Numbered from the stretch's first letter, positions 8,481-18,537 are shown. The stretch is 64,000 nucleotides of DNA from Longimicrobiales bacterium (GCA_965197725.1 CBDANQ010000015.1:1-64000); one strand, 5' to 3'. Notes: generated by a model from the letters alone, not told the origin. Program-made: numbers and translations.

Positions 8481-9791
8481 GTGAGCGGCACCTCGCCTAC
8501 TCAGTTCGAAGTCCGCACCGCGGACTGGCTGAGTCTCGACGACGCGCAGAGCCGCATCTTCTCCGAAGTCGGCCGACTCCCGGCCGAGTTCATCGACGTC
8601 CGCGACAGCCTGGGGCGGGCATTAGCCGAGGATCTCAAGGCAGCTGCGACCCTGCCGCCATGGGACAACAGCGCCATGGACGGCTACGCGGTGCTCGGTG
8701 AAGACATCGCCGGTGCGAGTCCGTCCACTCCGGTGGTGCTGACCGTGACGGGCAAGGTGCGCGCGGGCGAAGTGCCCGGCGCGCCGGTCGGGCCCGGGCA
8801 GGCGGTCCGGATCATGACCGGTGCGCCCGTCCCCTCCGGCGTGGACTCCGTCGTCCGTGTCGAAGACACCGATGCCGAAGCCAACTCCGGTTCCGTGCGC
8901 GTCCTTCGCGACCGGGACAAAGGACGCAACATCCGGCCCGCCGGAGCGGACATGCAGCTCGGAGACGTGGTGCTCGTAGCGGGGCATGTCGTGACGCCGG
9001 GCGCGGTCGCGGCGCTCAGCGCTCTCGGTCTCACGTCCGTTTCCGTTATCCGCCGCCCCTCGGTGGCGATTCTGGCTACGGGTGACGAACTGCGGACACC
9101 TGAGCGGTATGACGACGTGCGTGTCGGTGCCGGGGTCCCGGAATCGAACGGGCCGATGATCGCGGCAGCCGTCACGCACGCGGCTGGGGTCCCCGTCCGC
9201 TTGGGCACCGCCAGGGATGACGAGCACGACCTGCGCGAGCGAATCGAGACCGCAGCTGATGCCGACGCCCTCGTGACGATCGGAGGTGCCTCGATGGGTG
9301 AGGCAGACCTGGTGAAGCGGGTGCTCGACGACCTCGGATTCGAGCAGAGCTTCTGGCGCGTCCGTATGCGCCCGGGGAGCCCCTTCGGCTTCGGGTGGCT
9401 CCCGCGGCCAGACCGCAAACAGCCTGTCTTCGGGCTGCCGGGAAATCCGTCCTCGGCGTTCGTCACCTTCGAGCTCCTCGTTCGTCCGTTCCTACTCGCC
9501 CTGGCCGGGCATCGGCACGTCTTGCGCCGAACTATTCGGTGCGTCGCGGGAGAGTCACTGAAGGGTCCAGCCGACCTCACGTGTTTCCTCAGAGTCGGCC
9601 TCGACTCGGCGTCGCACCCCGCGCAGGTCACGTTGGTCGGACCGCAGGGCTCAGGGCTCGTGAGGACGCTGCTTGCGGCCGACGGGCTGGCGGTACTCCC
9701 AGACGGAATCCGAGAAATCGCGAAAGGGGAGTCCGTCGATGTTATGCTCCTCGACGACGCGCCGGCCGCGGAGCCGTTCCCGACCGCGTGA
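8481..9791 (+). CDS. moeA: Molybdopterin molybdotransferase MoeA
   Basis: PPWDNSAMDGYA, RIMTGAPVP, TGDEL, GGASMG, GLPGNPSS. Confidence 0.95.
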   Translation: MSGTSPTQFEVRTADWLSLDDAQSRIFSEVGRLPAEFIDVRDSLGRALAEDLKAAATLPPWDNSAMDGYAVLGEDIAGASPSTPVVLTVTGKVRAGEVPGAPVGPGQAVRIMTGAPVPSGVDSVVRVEDTDAEANSGSVRVLRDRDKGRNIRPAGADMQLGDVVLVAGHVVTPGAVAALSALGLTSVSVIRRPSVAILATGDELRTPERYDDVRVGAGVPESNGPMIAAAVTHAAGVPVRLGTARDDEHDLRERIETAADADALVTIGGASMGEADLVKRVLDDLGFEQSFWRVRMRPGSPFGFGWLPRPDRKQPVFGLPGNPSSAFVTFELLVRPFLLALAGHRHVLRRTIRCVAGESLKGPADLTCFLRVGLDSASHPAQVTLVGPQGSGLVRTLLAADGLAVLPDGIREIAKGESVDVMLLDDAPAAEPFPTA

Positions 9792-9887
9792 GGGGCATGT
9801 GCCTCGCTCTGGCGGCCTCTACTGTGGTCGCTTGCTCGGTCCCGTCCCGTTCCTGAGTGGGCGTCCCCGGGGCCAACTTGTTGGCGT

Positions 9888-10883
9888 CTAGTCGGCCGCT
9901 TTCAATGCAACCACCTCTTCCGTGAGCCGCGGTAGGATTTCGAAGAGATCCCCCACGATGCCGTAGTCGGACACGCCGAAGATGGGTGCATCCGCGTCCC
10001 TGTTGATGGCTACGATCGTCTGGGACGTGCGCATTCCGGCGAGGTGTTGAATCGCGCCCGAGATTCCGACCGCGAAGTACAGCTTCGGCGCGACCGTCTT
10101 GCCCGTCTGGCCCACCTGCTCGCCGTGTGGGCGCCATCCAGCGTCCACCACGGCCCTGGAGGCGCCGAGCGCGACGCCAGGCCCCAGGGCGTCTCTGAGC
10201 GACTCCAGTAGGCCCCAGTTTTCCGGATCCTTCATGCCCCGCCCTCCCGAGACGATGGTCGTCGCCTCGGACACATCGAGCGCCCCGTCCGCCGCGGCCT
10301 TCCGTTCCACTACCCGAATCCGCCAAGTGGACTCATCGACGTCCGGCGTGAACGTGCTCACCGCGCCCTGGGCGGCATGCTGCTCGACCGGGAAGACGTT
10401 GGGCCGGATCGTCATCATCGCTGGCACCGCATCGATCACCAGGTGCGCGAACGCCTTGCCCGAGTAGACCGGCTTGATGATCGACAGCACTCCGTTGTCA
10501 ACCTCGATACCCGTGGCATCCGAGGCGAGAGGCACGTCGAGCATCGCCGCGACCCGAGGGGCGAGGTCCTTGCCGAGTGTCGAGGCCGGCAAGATCACTG
10601 CCGCGAAGTCACCCGACCGGATCTGGTCCGCAAGGACCTGCGCGTAGCCCTCCGGGTTGTAATCCGCCAGCGCCTCGTGCTCTCCGACTGCGACCGAGGC
10701 TGCACCCACCGCGCCGAAAGCGCCGGCCGCCTCGGACAGCCCTGGACCCCCCAGCGTCACGACGCGCACCGAGCCGCCGAGCTGGCTCGCCAGAAGTGCC
10801 GCAGTGCTTACCGCCTCACGCGCCGCACTTCCGATCTGGCCGGCCCTCTGTTCCGCGAAGGCGAGTACGTCCGAGCGAGTCAA
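9888..10883 (-). CDS. etfA: Electron transfer flavoprotein subunit alpha
   Basis: IVSGGRG, GASRAVVDAGW, QVGQTGKTVAP, GISGAIQHLAGM. Confidence 0.97.
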   Translation of the reverse strand: MTRSDVLAFAEQRAGQIGSAAREAVSTAALLASQLGGSVRVVTLGGPGLSEAAGAFGAVGAASVAVGEHEALADYNPEGYAQVLADQIRSGDFAAVILPASTLGKDLAPRVAAMLDVPLASDATGIEVDNGVLSIIKPVYSGKAFAHLVIDAVPAMMTIRPNVFPVEQHAAQGAVSTFTPDVDESTWRIRVVERKAAADGALDVSEATTIVSGGRGMKDPENWGLLESLRDALGPGVALGASRAVVDAGWRPHGEQVGQTGKTVAPKLYFAVGISGAIQHLAGMRTSQTIVAINRDADAPIFGVSDYGIVGDLFEILPRLTEEVVALKAAD

Positions 10884-11623
10884 AGCGCGTTCGCGTCTTC
10901 ACGAAGAAGACGAAGGAGCTCGGGGACCGCGTCGGGACCTTCGCCGACGATCCGTCCGGCCGCACGAGGGGGAGGCTCGCTCAAACGAGCCACCCGAAGA
11001 CGCGCAGGGGCGGACCTGGCCTCTTTCTCCTCGAGTGGCTTCCGCTTGGCGGCCATGATGCCCTTTAGGGAAGCGTAGCGCGGCTCGTGCTCGCCCTTGG
11101 TGATCGTGAGCACCGCCGGCAGATCGACTTCCGTGACCTCCACGCCACCTTCCACCTCGCGCTGACAAACCGCCATGGCGCCATTCACTTCGAACGATGC
11201 CACACCGGTCACGCACGGGCGGTTCAGGAGCGTCGCCACCATCGGGCCGACCTGCTGCTGGTCATCGTCTGCCGCTTTGACCCCGAAGAGGATCAACGCA
11301 GCGTCGGAACCCTCCAATTCGCTCGCCAACGCCTTCGCCGTCGCAAGCCCGTCCATGCCGGCGTCGCCGACCAAGAGAAGTGCGCTGTCCGCGCCCATCG
11401 CGAGGCCAGCGCGCAGCGACTCTTGGGTCGACGCGTCGCCGAGGCTCAACAAAGACACGGTCCCGTCGCCCGCGGCTTCCTTGCTTCTAAGCGCTGCCTC
11501 GATCGCGAACTCGTCATACGGACTGACGATGAACTTGACCCCAGTGGGGTCGATTCCAGTTGCATCGATTCTGATGCGGGTCTCGGTGTCCGGAACCCGC
11601 TTCACACAGACCGTGACGTTCAA
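10880..11623 (-). CDS. etfB: Electron transfer flavoprotein subunit beta
   Basis: VCVKRVPDT, PYDEFAIEAAL, LAMGAD, PRYASLKGIMAAKRK; TTG start with GGAG upstream. Confidence 0.95.
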   Translation of the reverse strand: MNVTVCVKRVPDTETRIRIDATGIDPTGVKFIVSPYDEFAIEAALRSKEAAGDGTVSLLSLGDASTQESLRAGLAMGADSALLLVGDAGMDGLATAKALASELEGSDAALILFGVKAADDDQQQVGPMVATLLNRPCVTGVASFEVNGAMAVCQREVEGGVEVTEVDLPAVLTITKGEHEPRYASLKGIMAAKRKPLEEKEARSAPARLRVARLSEPPPRAAGRIVGEGPDAVPELLRLLREDANAL

Positions 11624-11746
11624 CGAGGTGCACTCCGATGTGGCGCGGACGCGATGGGCAAGCAATGGTCGCCGAAGATGCCGCCGGATAGCGCCGGGGC
11701 CAAGAACGGCGCGATCGGCAGACCCAGGCTCATTCGCGTCTTCCTT

Positions 11747-12364
11747 CTAGAAGGCGGCTGAAGATCGTATCGTGCCCCCCGGATGACGGGACACTCCGGA
11801 GGCGCCGACAACGTAGAACCGATACGGCCAGTCCGCCGCCGCGCTCACCCCGATGCGCTTCGAGACGCCCACCAGATCGAGCGGCACGGCCCATCCGGCC
11901 CGCAGTTGCAGCGGCTCGGCACGCAGGTCGTGTCCGTACAGATCGCCGGTGATTCCCAGCGCTTGACACAGCCTGCCCGGGCCCGTACTCAAGGGCTCGC
12001 GACCTCGGCGCTGCTTCATCACCTCCAGCCCCTCCATCGCCTGCAACCCCCGCAGCAGCACAGCTCCCGCTTCCCCGTCAGGCCCCGTGACAACGTTCAT
12101 GCACCAGTGCATGCCGTAGATCCGATACACGTAGCTGAAGCCCGCCGGGCCGAACATCACGGCGTTCCGTTTCGTGAGACCGCTGAGGGTCGCGGCATGA
12201 GACGCGGGATCCGCCGGTCCGTCGTACGCCTCCGTCTCGACGATCACGCCGGATGTTCGCCGGCCACCGACCGTTGATACGAGACGATGCCCGAGCAGAT
12301 CCCGTGCCACCACGAGCGCGGGCCGGTGGAAGAAACCCTCAGGAAGCTCGGCGGCAGGAGCCAC
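11747..12364 (-). CDS. mpg: DNA-3-methyladenine glycosylase (MPG/AAG family)
   Basis: VARDLLG, IVETEAY, YVYRIYGMHWCMNVV, GPGRLCQALGI, RIGVS; GTG 12364 with GGAGG upstream. Confidence 0.93.
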   Translation of the reverse strand: MAPAAELPEGFFHRPALVVARDLLGHRLVSTVGGRRTSGVIVETEAYDGPADPASHAATLSGLTKRNAVMFGPAGFSYVYRIYGMHWCMNVVTGPDGEAGAVLLRGLQAMEGLEVMKQRRGREPLSTGPGRLCQALGITGDLYGHDLRAEPLQLRAGWAVPLDLVGVSKRIGVSAAADWPYRFYVVGASGVSRHPGGTIRSSAAF

Positions 12365-12401
12365 GCCGGACCTCCACGGGGGGAGGCCCGGGGTGGCGCT
12401 G

Positions 12402-14195
12402 CTAGGACCGACTCCGTGTGCCACGGCCTCGACCGCCCCTGCGTCCGCCGCGTCCGCCCTTGCTTGAGCCTCCGTCCGATTCGCCTGAAGTACGCCGCGT
12501 GTAATCGGCACGCCACGCATCGAGCAGCTTCTCCGCGCGGGCAGGCGGGACGGCTACCGAGATCGCGGCCGGGTCATCCCGCAATGTCTTGAAGAAGCCC
12601 GTGCCAAACCGCCCGACCAGCGTCTCCGCGGTCTTGTCCCCAACACCCTTATAGCGGTGAGTCAGGTACCGGACGATCGCATCAGGATCGCTCGGCAGAC
12701 CGAGCGAGTCGAGATCGACCTCGGCGGCGGCTCGTGTCTCATCGGCGGGGGTCGACGCAGACTCCGCCGGCACATCTGCCGCCGGACTGGCGGTACCGAA
12801 GGCCTGGCCCTCGAACAGCAGCGGCTGGTCGTCCGCTCCTCGGCGGCGCGTAGACCCGCGGCGCGGACCGAGGCGAAGACCAAGATCTCCCAGATCGGAA
12901 GGGCGCACCTCTACGATCATGGGGTCGCCGCTCTCGGGCTGTGGAATGGATTCCGTGGCGGTCTCCGACGTCGAGTCCGTGGCCGCCTCCGAGATCGATT
13001 CGGTGGCCGGCTCCGAGGTGGCAGCTGCTCCATCCCGAGCGCCGCTCACCAGCCTCACCTGAAAGTTGCCGCGGTCCGTCCGCTCCGCTTCGACGATGCC
13101 GTGCTCTACCGCCTGCGCCAGAAACTTCGAGAATTTCGGGAAGCCCAGCTCGGCCTCATCGAACGAGCGGTCTTTCTCCAGGATCTTTCGCTTGACGTCC
13201 GAGTCACGTACGGACTCACGCCCCGCGGCCCGAAGATCCTCCAGCGAGGCCGTCAGCAGCGCATAGGCTTCCTGGAGTGGGTCGTCGGAGGTCTCGGACA
13301 CGTCCCCCGACGTGAACCCCGCGTCCGGCTTGTCGCGGTCGTGCCGATCCCGCCGGCCTCGGCCGCCCCCCCGGCGAGTGCGACTCTCACGCGAATCGGC
13401 CGTCGGGGTGCGCCGACCCCGCCCTCTCATGGGTCCGACCTCGTACTGTCCGTTGTCGAGCTTCTTGAGCCTCACGAGCCCGCGCGAAGAAGCCTCCGCA
13501 AGGAACTTGCTGAACTTGCTGAAGCCCATGCCCGCTTCGTCGAAGTTCGCATCCAGTTCCTGCATGACCTGCTTGAGCCGGTCCGACCGCATGACGTCAC
13601 TTCGCGCCATCATTTTCTTCAGCGCTTCGGCAACGAGCATCCATGGGTCCCGGGTCGCCTGGTGCAGTTCGGTAGTCTTGGTGAGTCCGGTCAGGCTGGT
13701 GTATGAGTAGTACTCGTCGCAGTTCTGCACGAGGATGTCCGAGCTCGACTCCTGAATGCCCACACCGACGACGTACTTTCCGTATTCCTTGAGCTTGAGC
13801 ACCAAGCTAGAGAAGTCCGAGTCCCCGGTGAGCAGGATATACGTCCCGATCTCGGGACGAATGAAGACGAGCTCGACCGCGTCGATCGCCATGCGAATGT
13901 CGGTCGCGTTCTTCTTGTTGCTCCCATAGGCAGGCGCGAAGATCAGATCGACCGACGCCTCCGAGAGCGGCACGATGTACTGCGGATAACGACGCCAGTC
14001 GGCATAGGCCCGCTGGACGCTGACCTTTCCCTTGATGACGTCGTTGTCAAGAAGGCTCTTGAGCTCCTTCGAGAGGTCGCTGCGCATACCCATCGTGACG
14101 TTGTCGAAGTCGATGAGGAGCGCTGCGTGAGGCGTGTCTTGCGCCGAAGAGCCTGGTCCCCCTTGATGGGGGGCCCTGGTATACGGTGTACCCAT
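12402..14195 (-). CDS. NYN-domain (PIN-fold) ribonuclease with two OST-HTH/LOTUS domains and a C-terminal HhH
   Basis: IDFDNV, AYADW, KNATDIRMAIDA, TGDSDF, CDEY; two copies of FDEA.(M/L)GF.KFSKFL; YKGVGDKTAETLVGRFG. Confidence 0.88.
   Translation of the reverse strand: MGTPYTRAPHQGGPGSSAQDTPHAALLIDFDNVTMGMRSDLSKELKSLLDNDVIKGKVSVQRAYADWRRYPQYIVPLSEASVDLIFAPAYGSNKKNATDIRMAIDAVELVFIRPEIGTYILLTGDSDFSSLVLKLKEYGKYVVGVGIQESSSDILVQNCDEYYSYTSLTGLTKTTELHQATRDPWMLVAEALKKMMARSDVMRSDRLKQVMQELDANFDEAGMGFSKFSKFLAEASSRGLVRLKKLDNGQYEVGPMRGRGRRTPTADSRESRTRRGGGRGRRDRHDRDKPDAGFTSGDVSETSDDPLQEAYALLTASLEDLRAAGRESVRDSDVKRKILEKDRSFDEAELGFPKFSKFLAQAVEHGIVEAERTDRGNFQVRLVSGARDGAAATSEPATESISEAATDSTSETATESIPQPESGDPMIVEVRPSDLGDLGLRLGPRRGSTRRRGADDQPLLFEGQAFGTASPAADVPAESASTPADETRAAAEVDLDSLGLPSDPDAIVRYLTHRYKGVGDKTAETLVGRFGTGFFKTLRDDPAAISVAVPPARAEKLLDAWRADYTRRTSGESDGGSSKGGRGGRRGGRGRGTRSRS
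12949..13020 (-). repeat. Three imperfect 24-nt repeats in the NYN protein linker
   Basis: Encodes TSEPATES / ISEAATDS / TSETATES. Confidence 0.75.
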
Positions 14196-14318
14196 TGCTT
14201 TTGTCTCGCAAACTGAATTGTGTTGCCGCGAGACCTCCCCACCCCACCCGCGTCTTTGGATCACGAGAGGGGTCGGGGAAGCCTTTCGGGGACGCCCACC
14301 ATGGGCGCCGCGACCCCG

Positions 14319-15929
14319 TTAGACCGATTCGCTCTCCGACTGAACCACGCGGGAGAGCTCTACCCGCCGCACCTTACCCGTATCCGTCCGCGGTAGCCTG
14401 TCCAGGAAACGAACCAGATCAGGGACCTTGTCCTCCGCGAGGGTCTCGCGGCACCAGTCCACGATCTCGTGACCTGTGACGATCGCACCTTCGACAAGAA
14501 CGATGCAGGCGCAGATGGCTTCTCCGAGGAGCGGGTCGGCCACGCCGATCACCGCGACCTCTCGTACCGCCGGGTGAGACTCGATTCGGGTCTCAACTTC
14601 GCGGGGATACACGTTGAAGCCAGATCGAATGATAACCGTCTTGCGTCGGCCGACCAAATGCAGATAGCCCTCTTCGTCCAGGATTCCGAGGTCCCCGGTG
14701 AGGAAATATCCGTCCCCGTCGTACGCGTTCACGGTCTCGGTCGGCTGTCGGTAGTAGCCGATCATGACCCCCGGACCCTTCACTCCGGTCTCGCCAACGC
14801 TCTCGACGGGCAGCTCTTCCCCGTTCGACTCGACGATGCGGACGTCGTTACCGGAAAGCGGCGTGCCCACCGTAAATCGGCGCTTGTCCGCGGGGTCATC
14901 CGCGCGCGCGACAGCGAGTGTCGAGGCGGTCTCCACGAGCGAGTATGCGTTCAACACCGTGACGCCCAGATCATCCCCGATACTCGCGACGAGATCGTCG
15001 TGTACGGGAGCCCCGGCCACCACCGCCAAGCGGAGCGAGCTCAGGTCGCGGCTGCGGGCCGCCAGCTGCGCCAGCTCGCTGACGAAGAGCGTCGGGATCC
15101 CGTAGTGGACGGTGGCCTGGTGCTGTTCGGCCAAGTCGAGCGTCGCGGCGGCGTCCGCCTCATCCTGCAGGATGATGCTCGCTCCGACGAGTAGCGTGGA
15201 CAGCAGCCCTGGCCCGAGTCCGAATACGTGAAAGAGTGCCGTGACACCCACCAGCCGATCCGATTCCTTCAGCCCGAGCGCATCCGCGGTGCCGGCGGCG
15301 GCGTGGATCAAGTTCGTATGACTGAGCTCGACTCCTTTCGGCTTTCCCATCGTGCCCGACGTGTACACGATCGCGAAGCAGTCGCGGGCCGGGTCGAGCG
15401 CCGGGGCGGGAAAATCGCGTCCCGCACCCGCCGAGATGAGGTCCTCGAACTGAAAGATCCGGTCGTCATACCAAAGGTCCTCGTCCCCGACGGTCGCCAA
15501 GTATTGCAGCTCCGGGAGCTGTGGCATCAGGTCCTCGAAGAGCTGGAGATAATCGACCCCGAAGGCATGTTCCACCGTGACTGCGCAGACCGCCTCCGAG
15601 TGCCGCAACACGTACTTCAACTCGGAGGCAGTGACACGAGGATTGAGCGGAACGATCGTCACGCCAAGCTTTGCCGCCGCGAACATCGCGACTACGAATT
15701 CCGGGCACGGAGGTAGCAGCAGCACGACCCGGTCCCCGGCCTCGATCCCCAGGTTGGAGAGCGCGGCGGAGAGCGCCTCGGCGTCGCGCTCGATCTCACC
15801 ATAGGTCATCACGTGGTCGTGGAAGCGCAGGTAGGCGCATTCGGAATCGGAGGTCGCCCGCGTGGCCAGTGCGGACGCAATCGTGAAGCCTGCGAAGCGC
15901 TCGGTGAGTGCCATGTCAGCTCCAATCAT
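14319..15929 (-). CDS. Class I adenylate-forming enzyme (long-chain fatty acyl-CoA ligase-like)
   Basis: YTSGTMGKPKGV, AYSLVET, TGDLG, GRRK.VI..SGFNVYP.EVE, LPRTDTGKV. Confidence 0.9.
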   Translation of the reverse strand: MIGADMALTERFAGFTIASALATRATSDSECAYLRFHDHVMTYGEIERDAEALSAALSNLGIEAGDRVVLLLPPCPEFVVAMFAAAKLGVTIVPLNPRVTASELKYVLRHSEAVCAVTVEHAFGVDYLQLFEDLMPQLPELQYLATVGDEDLWYDDRIFQFEDLISAGAGRDFPAPALDPARDCFAIVYTSGTMGKPKGVELSHTNLIHAAAGTADALGLKESDRLVGVTALFHVFGLGPGLLSTLLVGASIILQDEADAAATLDLAEQHQATVHYGIPTLFVSELAQLAARSRDLSSLRLAVVAGAPVHDDLVASIGDDLGVTVLNAYSLVETASTLAVARADDPADKRRFTVGTPLSGNDVRIVESNGEELPVESVGETGVKGPGVMIGYYRQPTETVNAYDGDGYFLTGDLGILDEEGYLHLVGRRKTVIIRSGFNVYPREVETRIESHPAVREVAVIGVADPLLGEAICACIVLVEGAIVTGHEIVDWCRETLAEDKVPDLVRFLDRLPRTDTGKVRRVELSRVVQSESESV

Positions 15930-15964
15930 GACGGATACGTGCGGGGGTCATCAGGCACTGCGTT

Positions 15965-17083
15965 TCAAGCGAGCTCCGCGAGCACGTCCCGCACCAGCGA
16001 GTCCGGAATTTCGCGACTCCATCCTGCGTCGTCCTCCACCTCGCCGAGCCGACGAAGTAATACGTACCGTGGCCTCCCCGAGCGAGCTTTCTTGTCTGAA
16101 GCGAGAAAGCGCAACGCATCCTCCACATCGACTGACGGCACGGAGTCCAGCGACAAGCCAAGCGTCACGAGGCCTGATGCGATCCTGGCTCGCGTCCCTT
16201 CCTCGGTGACGCCCAGGCGTTGACCGAGCTCCGCTTCGAGCAGCATCCCTGCCCCGATCGCCGTGCCGTGGCCCACGCCGTACGCAGACGCCGCCTCGAT
16301 CGCGTGGCCCAAGGTGTGACCGAAGTTGAGCACCTGTCGAAGGCCACCCTCTCGCTCGTCACGGGTCACCACGTCGGCCTTGATGCGCACCGAGCGGACG
16401 ATGGCTTCCGTCGCGGTCTCGACGTCGGCTGCAAGAAGCCGGTCTGCAGCCGCCATAAGCCACTCGAAGTACTGAGCGTCGAGAATCGCGCCGTGCTTGA
16501 ACGCCTCCACAAGGCCCTGGACACGCTCTGCGCTAGGCAGCGTGGTAAGTGTATCGGGGTCCGCGACCACTACCCTAGGCGCATGGAAGGACCCCACCAG
16601 ATTCTTCCCCGCCCGCACATCGACCCCGGTCTTGCCGCCCACCGACGCATCGATCATCGCGAGGTAGCTCGTCGGGACCTGCACGACCGGAATGCCGCGC
16701 AGGTACGTCGCGGCCACAAAGCCGGCCAGGTCTCCTGTAACACCGCCACCCACGGCGACCACGCAGCTGTCCCGGCCATGTCTATCGTCGAGCATGGCGT
16801 CGGTGAGCATCGACCAATTCTCGAGCGTCTTGCACGCCTCACCGGCTGGAAAAGAGTAGAGCCGTGCATCGACCCCCGTCGCCGTCAACGCTTCGAGCAC
16901 AGTGGTTCCGTGCACACGCGCCACGTTGTCATCGCAGATCAACGCGTAGCGATGTGCCGGGGCGTATTTCGACAGCAAAGCGGAGAGGTTGCCGAGCAGG
17001 CCGGAGCCCACCCGCACCTCGTAGCTCACGTCGCCGGCGCCAACCTCGACGCCCGTGGCCTCCGCGGGAACGCGATCGGTCAC
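15965..17083 (-). CDS. aroB: 3-dehydroquinate synthase
   Basis: GGGVTGDLAGF, DASVGGKTG, KNLVGSFH, LNFGHTLGHAIE, DKK; GTG 17083 overlaps the upstream stop. Confidence 0.96.
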   Translation of the reverse strand: MTDRVPAEATGVEVGAGDVSYEVRVGSGLLGNLSALLSKYAPAHRYALICDDNVARVHGTTVLEALTATGVDARLYSFPAGEACKTLENWSMLTDAMLDDRHGRDSCVVAVGGGVTGDLAGFVAATYLRGIPVVQVPTSYLAMIDASVGGKTGVDVRAGKNLVGSFHAPRVVVADPDTLTTLPSAERVQGLVEAFKHGAILDAQYFEWLMAAADRLLAADVETATEAIVRSVRIKADVVTRDEREGGLRQVLNFGHTLGHAIEAASAYGVGHGTAIGAGMLLEAELGQRLGVTEEGTRARIASGLVTLGLSLDSVPSVDVEDALRFLASDKKARSGRPRYVLLRRLGEVEDDAGWSREIPDSLVRDVLAELA

Positions 17084-18351
17084 CGGCGAGGCGAGGCGGT
17101 CACCTCCGCCGAGACGCCCTCGCTGCGCCCCACTCGTAGCACTGTGGCCGCATGGCCATCGACCTCCGTGACCTCGAGCGACACGGCCCCACCGAGGGAA
17201 CCGAGCGCGCTGCGGAAGTGCTCCGCGAAGCGATCCCGTGCGGCGGTATCGTCCCAGACGGCGTACCAAATGAGGCCGCGTTCGCCGTTTACTCCGTCGA
17301 CGAGCACGTACCGGTCGCCACCCCAGCCGTCCGCGAAGCGGGCGCCGTCGGGCCCCAAATGCTGCTTGAGCAGCACTCCGAGCTCCAAGCGCCCGAGCAC
17401 GTCCTCGTGCAGGACTTCGCCCCCTGAGACCGACATCGCCAGCTCGACCGGTGGATCGTGCGGACGTCCGCCGAGGATCTGCTCGGTCGATGTCGGCAGA
17501 GACGCTCCGAACGGCGCCACGCGCTCCCCTTGCTTCCAAAGGTTGTGCACGTAGCCCGCCCCCTCGATGTAGGGGAAGAGCAAGCTCTCCTGGATCACGG
17601 GCGGCGCGGCCGCAAGCGCCGGGAACTGCTCCCTCACGCCTTCGAGCGCCGGGCGAAGCTGCGCCGCGAAGTCTGGGATCGCCCCGAAGTCCACCGGTGC
17701 GCCCCGCATCTGCTCGGTCATGTACTCGAGCATCACGAGCGTCGCGTGACCTTCGATCGCCGCCTGCGCGGCAGTCGCCCGATCGTTCCCTAGCTTCGGA
17801 TCGGTGAGCGCGTCGAGGTCGACCCACTGGTCCTGGACCGCGTGCACGAGCTCGTGCACCAGCAGTCCCTGTAGCGCCACCTCCGGCTGGTCGTTCAGCA
17901 CGAAGAGCGCGGTCGAGTCCGGCTCGTAAAAACCCACGACCTGCTCCGTGTACAGCCCTAGCAGCACCTCGCGCAAGTCCAGCGTGCTCGGAACGAGCCC
18001 GAAGAGTGCATAGGCGTCGACCGCGGCCCGGGCCTCCTCCTCCGGTAGCTCCTCGTCGAGCTTGTTCTCGAGGTAGCGGACCAACTCGTCACGACTCCGC
18101 ATCTCGAGCCTCACGGGTTCACGCAACTCCAGGCCGGAGCGCGCGGCGAGGTCCGGCAACAGCGCCGACGCCAGCTCCCTGAGCTTCGCGTCCGACGACA
18201 ACACCAGCTGGGACTGCGGTTGCTGAGCGCTTCCGCCGCATGCGCCGAGGGTGAAGAGCGCCGCGGACAAAACCAGCACCCTTCCGAGCCCGGCGCCACC
18301 CCGCGGCCCCTCGATCCTACGGCTTTCGGGGAGCATTCGGAGCGCGGTCAT
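17080..18351 (-). CDS. Lipoprotein, putative zinc metalloprotease (HExxH)
   Basis: Lipobox LGAC, GFY, LVHELVHAVQDQ, AIEGHAT, FPY..G, GWGGDRY; start uncertain. Confidence 0.75.
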   Translation of the reverse strand: MTALRMLPESRRIEGPRGGAGLGRVLVLSAALFTLGACGGSAQQPQSQLVLSSDAKLRELASALLPDLAARSGLELREPVRLEMRSRDELVRYLENKLDEELPEEEARAAVDAYALFGLVPSTLDLREVLLGLYTEQVVGFYEPDSTALFVLNDQPEVALQGLLVHELVHAVQDQWVDLDALTDPKLGNDRATAAQAAIEGHATLVMLEYMTEQMRGAPVDFGAIPDFAAQLRPALEGVREQFPALAAAPPVIQESLLFPYIEGAGYVHNLWKQGERVAPFGASLPTSTEQILGGRPHDPPVELAMSVSGGEVLHEDVLGRLELGVLLKQHLGPDGARFADGWGGDRYVLVDGVNGERGLIWYAVWDDTAARDRFAEHFRSALGSLGGAVSLEVTEVDGHAATVLRVGRSEGVSAEVTASPRR

Positions 18352-18520
18352 CGCGAGCATCCAGTGGCGTATGGGGGCGTAGGGGCGCGTAGGAGGCGCT
18401 GAGCCAGGGAGCTTCGCTCCCCCGATGAACGGGGTCAAGGCACGCTCGCTTCCCTCATAAAGATCGATCGTGAGCTAAACACTTTGGCAACACTACACTA
18501 GCTTGATCGGGCGGACGCGG

Positions 18521-18537
18521 CTGGCACTCCGCTTGCA
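18521..18537 (+). promoter_or_regulatory. Sigma54 (-24/-12) promoter upstream of PBP1A
   Basis: CTGGCACTCCGCTTGCA is TGGCAC-N5-TTGCA with exact GG-N10-GC spacing, about 40 nt before the ATG. Confidence 0.75.
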
